Assembly (NCBI GenBank): GCA_043228905.1
Contig: JBHGNT010000010.1
Coordinates: forward strand, 2,852,001-2,916,000
DNA: 64,000 bases
Reading direction: 5' to 3'
DNA from: Azolla caroliniana
Taxonomy: Eukaryota; Plantae; Polypodiophyta
Positions 27,792 through 39,200 of this stretch are shown here, one piece after another (position 1 is the stretch's first letter; every line of letters begins with the position of its first letter). The notes under the pieces were generated by a model. It was not told the DNA's origin. It saw only the letters and a list, made by a program, of their open reading frames with translations, and ran no database searches. The translations under genes were made by a program, and so were the position numbers.

Positions 27792-28241
27792 TGTCAAGAG
27801 AGAGAGAGAGTACTGTCAAGACAGAGAGAGAGGTAGAGATAGAGAGTGAGTGAGAGAGATAGAGATATAGAGTATTGTAAAGATAATATATTGCACTATA
27901 ACATGGATTACAATGAGTAAACAACAAGGGAGCTCTAGAATGGAGTTGAACCAAATTGGTTCATCCTTGATTATTAGATACATATTTATAAGTCCTAATA
28001 GGGTATTCTAGAAAGTCCTAGAATAAAGAGTATGCTAGAATATTCTAGAACATTCTAGACCATAGAGCACTCTAGAATATTCTAGAATACTTTATAATAT
28101 TCTATATAGTTTATAAATTCTTTATACATATAAATATATCATTACAATGGCTAAGAATTTGACACGTATATAACAAGGTTGTAGGTTAGAATCCTTTCAA
28201 CCCAAATCGGGCCCAAATCATATGTGAGTGTCATGATGACA
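27792..28241 (-). repeat. 3' LTR of the chromovirus
   Basis: Near-identical to 33232-33641 and abuts the PPT. Contains TATAAAT (27990-27984, minus) and GAAnnTTC arrays. Confidence 0.92.
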
Positions 28242-31200
28242 CTATCCCCCTTCTTCGAAGACACGTATCACGGGTCGCATGGGTTGTACTAGGACCTGGC
28301 TTACGAGGATATTGTCGATGAAATTAAGTGACCATGTCCGCATCATTGACAAGATTTGTTGTAGGTTCCCAAGTTCGATCATTGGGTGTATAGCCTAACC
28401 AATCGACCAAGTAATACAACTTGTTGCGCACGATTTTGGATTTGAGAATGGCAACAACCTCAAATTCTGGTCCTTCCAAAAACTCCACAGGTGGTGGGGG
28501 AGTCGTAAGACGACCCAAAATTGAACTTGTGGTGTAAGGTTCGAGAAGGGAGACATGAAACACCTAGTGAAGATGCATGTGAGGAGGGAGGCCAAGATGA
28601 AATGCAACATCGCTTATCTTACCAGTGATCTCGTATGGGCCAAAGCGTTGGTAATCTAATTTACCACAATGCCTAGTGGTCTTGATGTTGTGTTGTAGAA
28701 GCCATACACGATCCCCGACGTGAAACTTTTTTGAGGAGTCTAGGCGATGACGGTCCGCAATCCTCTTGTATGTACTTTGAGCATCACGCAAATTGTGGAG
28801 AATGGTAGTGTGAATTTCTTGGAGACGATTGAGACGATCCGTAGCAGCAGGGTTGATAGGAACTCCGGGGTGTTCAGTCATTGTCCAACGAGGATGAGAA
28901 CCTATATTTGCGAAGAATGGAGAATATCCGGTAGAAGAATGGACCGAGTTGTTATAAGCAAATTCAGCCAAGTGCAAAAAATCAACCCAAATGAAACAAC
29001 GAAGATATTGCTCCAAAGTCTGGTTGGTATGCTCGGTTTGGCCATTAGTCTCTGGATGATAGCCCGAAGAAAGTTTAGCCGAAACTTGGAGAAGTTTTAA
29101 CATGTGCTTCCAGAACTTTGAGATGAATTGTGGACCTCGATCACTAATAATATCGTTTGGAAGACCACAATGCTTGAATACCTCCTACATAACTAGATCG
29201 ACTTTCTCTTGACTAGTAATAGACTTTGTACATGGCAAGAAATGCACCATCTTGGTAAGTCGATCGACCACGGTCAGAATGGTATCGAAACCCCTCGAAA
29301 CTGGGAGATCGTTAATAAAATCCAAGGATATAGGCTTCCAAGGATTTTCAGGAATTGGAAGTGGTTGTAGTAAACCATATGATCGGTGTTGAGAACTCTT
29401 TGATCGGCAACATGTATCATAACTACGGTCATATTCCTCCACAAAATGACGAAGTTGAGGCCACCAATATCACCGAGAAACTAATTCTAGAGTTTTGGCG
29501 ACTCCAAAATGTTTAACCATTTGTGTGTTGTGGCCATGTTGTAAGACTTGCAAGCGTGGGGAACCATCAGGAACATACATAAAATCACCATGCCAATAGA
29601 ATTGACTATAGTCAGTACGGGGGTTTTGCGACTGCGAGCAAGAAGCACGATCCGGGATGATATGATCCAAAACATCTTTCGCGAACACATAAATAGCCAT
29701 ATGATCTCGAATGGAATAAAGTAGAGTAGAATCCTCGGGTGTAGTTATGGAATTAACTGCCATTAATCGTAAGCGATTAGGGCCCAAAAGGATTTTTTTT
29801 TTATGCTCAAAAGCTAGTTCTCTTGGACGAAGTTCCATATAAGATCGTCGAGAAAGAGCATTTGCTTTTCCTTGCTGCATCCCTGGACGATATATGATTA
29901 CAAAATAGAAGTGAGTCAAAAATTGCGCCCAAGGAGCTTGTTGCCGATTTAAGACTCGAGCATTTTGGAAATATGTAAGGTTCTTGTGATCATTGTAGAC
30001 AATGATCTACTGAGAAGAACCTTCAAGAAAATGTCGCCATTGTTGAAAAGAATCCACAATTGCTAGAAGCTCTTTGTCATGGATCTTGTAGTTAATCTCT
30101 GCAACTTCAAATTTTCGGGAATGAAAAGCAATAGGATGTAGTTGCTCGTCATCTCTAGTCTGCGATAGAACACTTCCTAATGCAAAGTTGGACGCATCAG
30201 CTTCAAGGATGAAACGTTTTTTGGGATTGACATGTGCCAAAATAGGCGCGGTTGTAAATGCTCGTTTTAAACTTACGAATGCCTCGGTTGCCTTTGAACT
30301 CCATATGAATGGTTGATTTTTGCGTGTGAGTCGGGTGAGCGGAAGCACAACCTTGGAATAATTTTAAATGAATTCTTGAAAGGGGCGTTTGCCAAACTAA
30401 AATTGTTTGAACCTTCATTGGGTCCATAGAGATACTAGTCGATGATACAACATACCCCAACATACCCCAAAAACTCCACTTGATTCTAGCTGAAACTCCA
30501 CTTTTCTAATTTTACCTAGAGACCATATTCTCGTAGTCAACGTAATACCTGACGAACATGTTTATCATGCACCTCTTCGGTCTTTGAGTAGATCAAAATG
30601 TCATCCAGGTAAACTATACTGAAGATATCAAAAAAATCTCGAAAAATATCATTCGCCATATGTTGGAAAACTGCATGTGCATTTGTGAGACCGAATGACA
30701 GCACGCTATACTCGAAATGTCCATAGTGAGTGGGAAAAGCAGTCTTCAATTCATCCCCTGGACGAATCCAAACCAGATTATATGCACCACGAAGGTCCAA
30801 ATTTGTGAAATATTTTGCTCCACGGAGACGTTCCAAAAGGTTCAAGATCAATGGTAGAGCATATCTTTTCCGGATAGTCACTTTGTTCAACCCTCGATAA
30901 TCCACGACCAACCAAGGAGACCCGTTTTTCTTCTTAACAAAGAAGATAGGTGCACTAGTAGGGTATCTAGAGTTCCGGATGAATCCGTTTGCCAGGTTCT
31001 CATCGATATATTCCCGCAAAGTCTCTAGATCTACAGGTGAGAGATTATAAATTGGCCCCCATGGCGGCTCTTTCCCTGGTTGTAAGTCAATAGGGCAGTC
31101 ATATGGCCTATGCTCTAACAGTGTATTTGCCTTCACCTTATCAAAGAAGTCTGAGAACTCTTTGTATTTTTTTGGTAATTGGACGTTCGGCTCTGTTAAG

Positions 31201-31813
31201 ACAAATGATGGGCTTGATGGAGTTACTACGATCACAAATACGAACATGTCCTCGTTCCCCCCTTCCTCACGTAACTGATGGAGAGAGATGGTTGATAACT
31301 TATGGGATCCAGCATCAAATATCGGAGTGTTGAGGGATGCAAGTGTAGTTCTTTTTTCTTGGGACTCGTCAATTGTTCTTTTCATCCAATCAATCTTCGG
31401 GTTATGTAATTCAAACCAGGGGAGACCTAGAACTAATGGGTGTTATGGACTACGAATAAGGTTGAAAGAGATTATGCTTGCCAAATCACCAAGAACTACA
31501 CGAATTGGCTCGGGCTCTTCGACTATATCACCTAATTCTATGGGACGACCATCGATGACTTCTATGGCTACTAGGTTCGGGAGCTTATTCAAGAGGATGT
31601 TTTGTGTCAATGCAAACTCACGATCCATGAAACTAGAGTTGGCTCCAGAATCTAGGAGGGCAGAGGCTAAGACTCGATGACATGTAGATGTGCTAAGCTC
31701 AACTTGTGCAGAAAAAACTCAACTAACTTGATTTGATGAAATGGAACCACGACTAGGAACTAACTCTACATATCTAGGATGGTCCAACCAAATGGCTCCT
31801 ATTTTGGTCGGAC

Positions 31814-32902
31814 TTACTCGTTTAACACATCCTCGAATTGGCTCAAGACATCGAATCTATTCTCATGGCATGGACTATTAGGCTTACTTATGTTATTAGA
31901 AGTAATAATGGAGCTTGAAGTAGGGTTGTCTTCTGTACTTACTTGGTATACTTGACGTCTAAGTTTATGTGGACAATTCATGGCTATATGTCCTGGACCC
32001 CCACAATATAGACATAAGCGATGCGCTCGACGTCGTTGCTTCTCAGCATCCGATAAGGGCCCCCGATGTTGTGTTAACTCTATTTCCATTGGAGTTGGGC
32101 CATCCCTCGTGATGGGTCTAGAAACGTACGTTTGTTCCAGTTGGCGGCGTAGCATTTGTTGGCGCTCCCAACGTCCCTCAAATAGGCGATTATCACATCG
32201 CACAACTCGACTAATTGTCTCTGTAAGAGACTTCGGAGCTTCATGGAAGGTAAGAAGAATATCTTTGACGTCATTACGCAAACCTTGATGGAATTGATCC
32301 ATTAGAGCCTCCTGATCCCGAGGGATATCGCATGCCAAGAGACGGAAATCAGCTGCGTAAGCCGACACAGGACGATCTCCTTGTCGGAGCCTTTGAATCT
32401 TGTTTATTGCCGTCCTAGTGTTGTCGGTGTCTCTGAAGCTAGCTTGAAACTCCTTAACAAACACCTCAAAATCCTCCAACAATCGTGATTTCTTCTCGAG
32501 GAGTGGTGCAAACCATGCTTGTGTTGTACCGCTTAGCAAGGTTCCTACTAATCCCACATGATCAACTTCCGTAGGGTACCGATTGGGATGTAACTGAATA
32601 ACCAAACACACTTGATTCAAAAAGCCTCGAAATAGAGACCTCGTACCATCAAACTTAGTAGGGAGGCTAATCTTTGGTTCTTTGGGGTAGTTTTGAACCC
32701 CCGACGCTTGTTCTCGTAATGATAATATAGTAGCCTTGAGTAGGCGAACACGTTGTGACAACTCTTTATATTGTTGCGCTTTCTCGGTACTCACGTGTTG
32801 TAGGTCCTCGAGTAGCCTTTGATTTTCTTGCTCTAGTGCCACAAATTTATTCGTGAACATGTCGAGCTCAGAAAGGACGTGTTTATATTCCTGTTTGCTC
32901 AC
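31814..32902 (-). CDS. Retrotransposon Gag (intact 362-aa ORF)
   Basis: Provided ORF with retrotrans_gag-like core (PTKFDG, LRQGDRPVSAYAADF), PMEI motif and CCHC zinc knuckle. Confidence 0.85.
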   Translation of the reverse strand: MSKQEYKHVLSELDMFTNKFVALEQENQRLLEDLQHVSTEKAQQYKELSQRVRLLKATILSLREQASGVQNYPKEPKISLPTKFDGTRSLFRGFLNQVCLVIQLHPNRYPTEVDHVGLVGTLLSGTTQAWFAPLLEKKSRLLEDFEVFVKEFQASFRDTDNTRTAINKIQRLRQGDRPVSAYAADFRLLACDIPRDQEALMDQFHQGLRNDVKDILLTFHEAPKSLTETISRVVRCDNRLFEGRWERQQMLRRQLEQTYVSRPITRDGPTPMEIELTQHRGPLSDAEKQRRRAHRLCLYCGGPGHIAMNCPHKLRRQVYQVSTEDNPTSSSIITSNNISKPNSPCHENRFDVLSQFEDVLNE

Positions 32903-33003
32903 AGACTCCTAACTTACGAGGGAAGAGGAAAAGAAAGAAGGAAACTTATTAAGGTTCTTGGAAGAGAAAGAAATGAGGGAGGAAAGAACAATTTGGTTCA
33001 AAC

Positions 33004-33230
33004 TGTCAAGACTAAGAGGGAGGTAGAAAGAAAGAAGAAAGAAATATATATTAACGTCTTCTAAGGCCAAAATAGGCCCATGAGACAAATGGTTTACAAC
33101 AAAAAATGGGATATTTACCCATTCATTGAAAGTAAAAAAATAAAAATAACTTTATTTTATTTTTATGTTTTTTGAAAGAAAGAAAGAAAATTCTTTAAAT
33201 CATGCTACATTGTTAGGCCAGATTTGAATT

Positions 33231-33298
<68 letters not shown>

Positions 33299-33641
33299 GT
33301 AAAGATAATATATTGATATTGCACTATAAGATGGATTACAATGAGTAAACAACAAGGGAGCTTTAGAATGGCGTTGAACCAAATTGGTTCATCCCTGATT
33401 ATTAGATGCATATTTAAAAGTCCTAATAGGGTATTCTAGAAAGTCCTAGAATAAAGAGTATGCTAGAATATTCTAGAACATTCTAGAATACGTTATAATA
33501 TTCTATATACTTTATAATTTCTCTATACATATAAATATATCATTACAATGGCTAAGAATTCGACACGTATATAACAAGGTTGTAGGTTTGAATCTGTCAA
33601 CCCAAATCGGGCCCAAATTATATGTCATTGTCATCATGACA
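33004..33641 (-). repeat. 5' LTR of the chromovirus, with ~190-bp extra segment and (GA)n expansion
   Basis: Starts tgtcaagac like the 3' LTR and ends catgaca, followed by the TSD. Confidence 0.88.
33434..33489. promoter_or_regulatory. Heat-shock-element array in chromovirus U3
   Basis: aGAAtaTTCtaGAAcaTTCtaGAAt (33465-33489) is five perfect alternating nGAAn pentamers. A second array TTCtaGAAagTCCtaGAA lies at 33434-33451. Equivalent arrays occur in the 3' LTR at ~28006-28089. Confidence 0.75.
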
Positions 33642-35833
33642 ATAGCCATAATTGATCATGAGATAGGTTTTCTATAGTTTTCCCTAATCTTATGATAAAA
33701 GCATGCAAGTTAATTCTTAAAGAAATGAGGGTATGAATTGTAATATTCAATTCTACGAGGTGGGATAACTATTAAGTGTGTTATCTCTTGATCGCTTCAC
33801 ATATAAAGTAGTCAAGTGCGAACACACTAGGGCTTGGGGCTTCTGTCTATAAGAAGGCTAAATACCTTATTATCAAGGGAGGCTTGACTTATTTTGAGCC
33901 TATGATAATGTGGTTATGGCCCTTATTAGTTAAGCATGTGCAATCCTCATAGGACCCAAGGTACGACTCACATCAACCCTCCATGGTATGGGAAATCGAG
34001 GAGGTTTGGGTGGTTTGGCATCCCTGTTTCTTTTCTTTAGTCTATATTTTCGTATATATTTCTTAATTAATTAGACAATACCATGCAAGCGGTTTTTGTG
34101 ATACAATATGTATCCAAATATGAAAAACCCATGTACAAGGCTCAATTTATCACAAAGGGCTTTAAATAAGAGAAGGCATCAACTACGATGAATTATTCTC
34201 TCTACTGTTGAAGATGATAACACTCTAACTCCTACTTGGAGTTGTAGTGACTAAAGTCCTTTAGCTCAAATATATGGATGTGAAGACAATATTCTTACAT
34301 GGAGACATTAATGAAAACATCTACATGACTCAATTGAAGAAAAACCTTTATATGGCTTGAAGCAAACACTGAAAATGGGGTATGAGAAGTTCAATTACCA
34401 TATCTAATAGCTCATATATTGTTAATTGACTTCGATCCATGCATGTACATGAGAACCGCAATCAAAAAGTCTTAAATATACCTGAATCTACATGTAGACA
34501 ACATGCTTATTGTTGGAAGTTATAAATCATGAATCAAGAGTAGAAGAAGGGACTTCCGAAAAAGGTTTGGATGATGGAATTAGGCAAAACCCCATGTATA
34601 CTTTGCAAGTGAACAAAGCGATGAAGAAGGCAATGAAGGATTCTCTAACTCTCCCAAATTGTCTATATGAAGAAGTCAATGAATAACTTCAACATGGACA
34701 TCAATCCATCTTTTGAACAAGGATTATCCCATATCGAGAGGTAGAGAAAGAGAAGATTATGCATATATCCTACTTATCAATAGCAATAAGTTTGATGTAT
34801 GTGATGGTGGCAAGCCTACATGACACTTACATCATTGACACCACCGATCGATGCTTGTCAATTCTAGGGAAGAAGCATTGGGAAGATGTGAATCACATAA
34901 TTTGGTCCTTTTGAGAAATTGAAGATATAGAAATCACATTTCGATTAGTACACTTGAATAAAATAGAAGGCTACACTAACTCCAATTATGTAGGCAACCT
35001 CGACACTCGAAAGTTGAGATTAGGCTACATGTTCATACATGCAAGAGGATAAATAACAAGGAGATCGAAGTCTTGGAGTGCACGACTCTGTTGACAACGG
35101 GGGCTAAGTACATAACCAAATTTAAGCAATAAAGGAAGCTATTTGACTAGAAAGGTTGCAAACAAACTTCTCGAAAGTAGAGCACTAACACTAGGCCGAT
35201 ATTGCATTGTAACTCACATAGTGCATATCATCTCAAATGAAATCACATCTATAAAGAAGTGAAAGCACGTTGAAATGAGGCATCATCACATTCAAGTGAT
35301 CATGACCGCCAAACATTTGGACATCCAAAGGATTTATCCCAAGCGGAACACTGCAAATTTCATGATCATAACGCTCCCAAAACATTGTTTCAAAGCGCTT
35401 GTCAAGTATGTGGAACTAAAACAACAAACCAACCAATACAAGTAATTGAATTGGAAGACATAACCAAGAGCACTTGAAATTGTCGAGATCATCAACTACC
35501 TAGATTGAGACTACTTGCATTTGTCATTTAAGTGATTAAAGGCTTAATCATGAAAGAAAATGAGCACCATCCAACAAGTTCATTCAAGGATCCAAGTTTG
35601 GAAGACCTTCCTGGAACCACCCAACAAACTTATTCAAAGGATAAGACTTGAAGACCTACCCAATGTCATTCAATACATCTACTTGAAAGCAATAAAGGAA
35701 CCAAAAATCAAGTTTATGAAGTACAACTTGACTCTAATGGACCCATATCAACAAGCACCTGGATGATTACCTTATCTTTATTTTTTTTCTTGTATATGTT
35801 TTGCATAGTACATTGTACATTTAGGTTTATGAG

Positions 35834-36128
35834 TGTTGAGAATCGAACTAAACTTCCATTGTGTGGGAACACACACTAGGATACTCAAGTGTGTGAACAA
35901 CCCCCCCCCCCCACCTCCTTGTAATATAACTAGTGTGTCATACATTTTAATATCCTATGACACATTCTTTAAGTAGTTAAGAGTCCACCTCTTTCCCAAG
36001 AGGCGGTGCTAGTGAGAGAACTTAGAGACAAGGTGACTAAATAAGCACCTTCTCCTTCTCTTTGTAATCGGTTGCTTCATTCTTGCTCTTGTCAATATGT
36101 CAAGTTTCTTGTTTTCTGTATTCCTTGT

Positions 36129-36210
<82 letters not shown>

Positions 36211-39200
36211 CTCTTCTGCTGCTCGGAATCACTCTCCAAGCACATCACCTTCGCTTGCCGTGTTCACGAAGAACCGGTTGATCGCTATAGCAACAACCTA
36301 CAGAGTTCGTATCACAAAGAAGAAGAAGAAGTTCAACATGAACACTCAGCTGGGAAGCGCTCTTCCTATAGAGAAACTCGACAGAAACAACTTCGCATCT
36401 TAGGAGTACAAGATGCACCAATATCTTGTCGGCCAGGGCTATTGGAGTTACGTCGAAGGAGCAAATCAAAATGGGCCCAACCCAACACATGTTGACCACC
36501 CAACTTGGGAGCAAGCAATGAGTTGCGTGTTGTATTACCTTGCATCATGTGTTCATGATCACATGCTCGGCTACATACGAGAGGCCAAAATGCCAAAAGA
36601 GGCATGGGGGAACCTCAAAAATATATTCGCGGCAAACACAATCACACGAAAGCTTAAACTTCGCCAAGAGTTGAACAATACTCAACAGAGGGATATATCT
36701 ATCGACAATTACACCTTGAAGATCAAGGAGTTGTGTTACTCCCTCGGAGCAATCAATGTCAACATTGATGACGACAAAATGGTGCAGATATGCCTTAGTG
36801 GCCTAGCACCACGGTTTGGTGCCATACAATCGGCTGACCTCGCGAGGGAGAATCCTCCCTCCTTCTTCGATCTCCAAGTGATGCTACTAGTGGAAGAAAA
36901 CCACGCTCGAACAAGAGGCAACGCATATGACGGACAAATGCTCTACACAAATTCGGATGAAGTAAGAGGGTAGGGCCATGGAAGAAGGGGTCAACCAGGC
37001 CAAGGCCGTCACAACCAAAGGCAACTCTGACAACACAACTTATGCTACATGCAAGACGCTGCGAACGACAAGGTGGAGCGTCAGGAAGAAGGGGGAGCAA
37101 TCATGTCGGACCAAGCCGTCAGAACAACTACGCCTAGTGTGGATATTGTGGCAAGTTTGGCCACTATGAGGCAGAGTGTCGCAAAAAGAGAGCGAATCGG
37201 CCTTCACAAGTCAACAACTCACCAACTATGCCTCTAACTCCGACTACGATGATCATGGTAGAATGTTTATGAGGAGGCATAGAGAAAAATCAATGATAGC
37301 TTCCAAGTCGACCAACACCTCCAAATCAAAAGATGTATGGTTTGTCGACTCGGGTGCATCCAACCACATAACGTCTCATGAGGATTGGTTCCGGGAGCTA
37401 CGAAAGCCTAAAAGACCCGGCTATGTGGAAACTTTCAACATATCGGCAATGTCCCATTTGGGGAAGAAGGCAACCAAACCTACATTAAGAACATCTTGCA
37501 TGTTTCGACAGTAACAAAGAATCTGGTCTCGGTTGGCTAGATAATAGAACAAGGCATGCAAGTTTGTTTCAATGATAGAGGATGCTTCATCTAAAAAGAA
37601 GGTCGACACATCGCTCGCGATCGAATGTTTATCCTCAATTCTCACGAGATGAAATTGGCAATGTTTGCCAAGGGCCATAGAGCCAACACCGACATAGAGT
37701 TGTGGCATAAAAGGATCGGTCATCTCAATCTTCAGAAGATCAAAGGAATGTAGTTGAAAGGAGTTGTCATCGGGTGGGTTCCCGACCTTTACCGAGAAGG
37801 AGATTGCAAGTGTATGAGAAGTTTCCCAATTTGGTGAACAACATTGACAACCATTCCCAAAGGAGAGGAACTTGAGCAAAGGGATCCTAGATGTGATACA
37901 TTCAGATGTATGGGGACCAACCCAGACAACAACATTCAGTGGTTGCCGATATTATGTAATGTTCATCAACGACTTCTCCAAGCACACCTAGATTTACCCC
38001 ATGTGACAGAAGAGTGAAATGTTCTCGCACTTCCTGAAATTCAAGAATGAAGTTGAAAAGGAAACTGGTCGTCATGTTTAGTGCCTTCGATCGAACGATG
38101 ACAAAGAGTACTTCTCCGACACCTTCACAACATACCTTTGACAAGAAGGAATCCGGTGGGAGTTTACTTGTCGACACACACCTCAACGGAATGGAGTAGC
38201 CGAATGAAAGAACCAACACATACTCGAGGTGGCAAGGGCAATGATGAATGAGAAACATCTGCCAAAATCATATTGGGTTGAAGTAGCGAACACGACTGTC
38301 TATCTAATGAATTGTTGCACAACATCAAGAGTGCACGATATTACCCCCCACGAGAAGTTCTATGGAAAGAAGTCGGACTTATCCCACATTAGGATATTCG
38401 GCTCTATTGCATTTGTACATATTCCTGAGCAAAAGCGGCAAAAGCTTGATCCCAAGTCGAAGAAATGTATACTCGTAGGGTACTCACTCGAACAAAAAGG
38501 GTATAAGTGCTTCAACCCCTCTACCAGGAACGTACGAGTGAGTAGGGATGTTGTATTCGACGAGTCGGCATCCTGGTACACAATCGACTTGGCTCAATCT
38601 GACCCAATCGAAACTGATTTCGATGCAGATATGATGGAGGATGATCGAATAAGGTTCATATGAGAGGAAAGTCCAATCTCAACCAGGTTGCGTGGACCAC
38701 AAGAGCCTCCAAGAGACCAAAGCACGTCGTGGCCAAGTCCGAAGACAGACAAAGGAAAGGCCAAAATGCCTGAGTATGAAGACTCAGATGGAAACAAATC
38801 AACTCACTCACTCGAAAGTGAGTATGGTGGATTGGATGTGCCTATCATGAGGACACTAGGAGCACCACCTCGCTCCACCTGAGAGAAGAACGTAGTCATC
38901 CATTTTGGCTACAATGACTACATGACATATCACTATGCATTCATGATGAAGGTAGCGACAGTCCGAGAACCGATGTCATGAAGGATTTCGGCCATAGGAA
39001 CAAAGGGGAGCCGGATGCGCGTGAACATATGTGCACAAGGATGTGCACGAATGAGGCTTATGTATATATAAAGAACAAATGTAAATATCAAAGTATAATT
39101 AGTACTAGTCTATATGATTTAGATGGGTATGTTAATGTCCCACAGAAAGAGCGGAATAAAGTGTGGGAAGAGAGAAAATCATGGGGGGGGGGGGGGGGGG

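Larger units (their letters stand above)
27792..33641 (-). mobile_element. Full-length Ty3/gypsy chromovirus (Tcn1-like), pol decayed
   Basis: LTRs 33004-33641 (5') and 27792-28241 (3') with TGTCA...TGACA ends. TSD ataac/atagc. PPT GAAGAAGGGGGATAG at 28242-28256. Domain order: gag (31814-32902, CLYCGGPGHIAMNC knuckle), PR (LLDSGA), RT (YLDDIL), RNaseH (EADASNFALG), INT (ISLDFI, YHPETNGQTE, GPY), chromodomain (EFEVVAILKSK..YLVDWLGY..TWEP). Clade assignment is inference. Confidence 0.95.
27600..35420 (+). mobile_element. Old Ty1/copia RT-RNaseH split by nested insertions
   Basis: Left part reads EPCTYLEAL...NMWELLLLPTKKK (to ~27768). It resumes at ~34076 as TIPCK..., then EGINYDELFS, MDVKTIFLHGD, HVDNMLI, GKKHWEDV, EGYTNSNY and KHVEMRHH. 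Confidence 0.75.
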
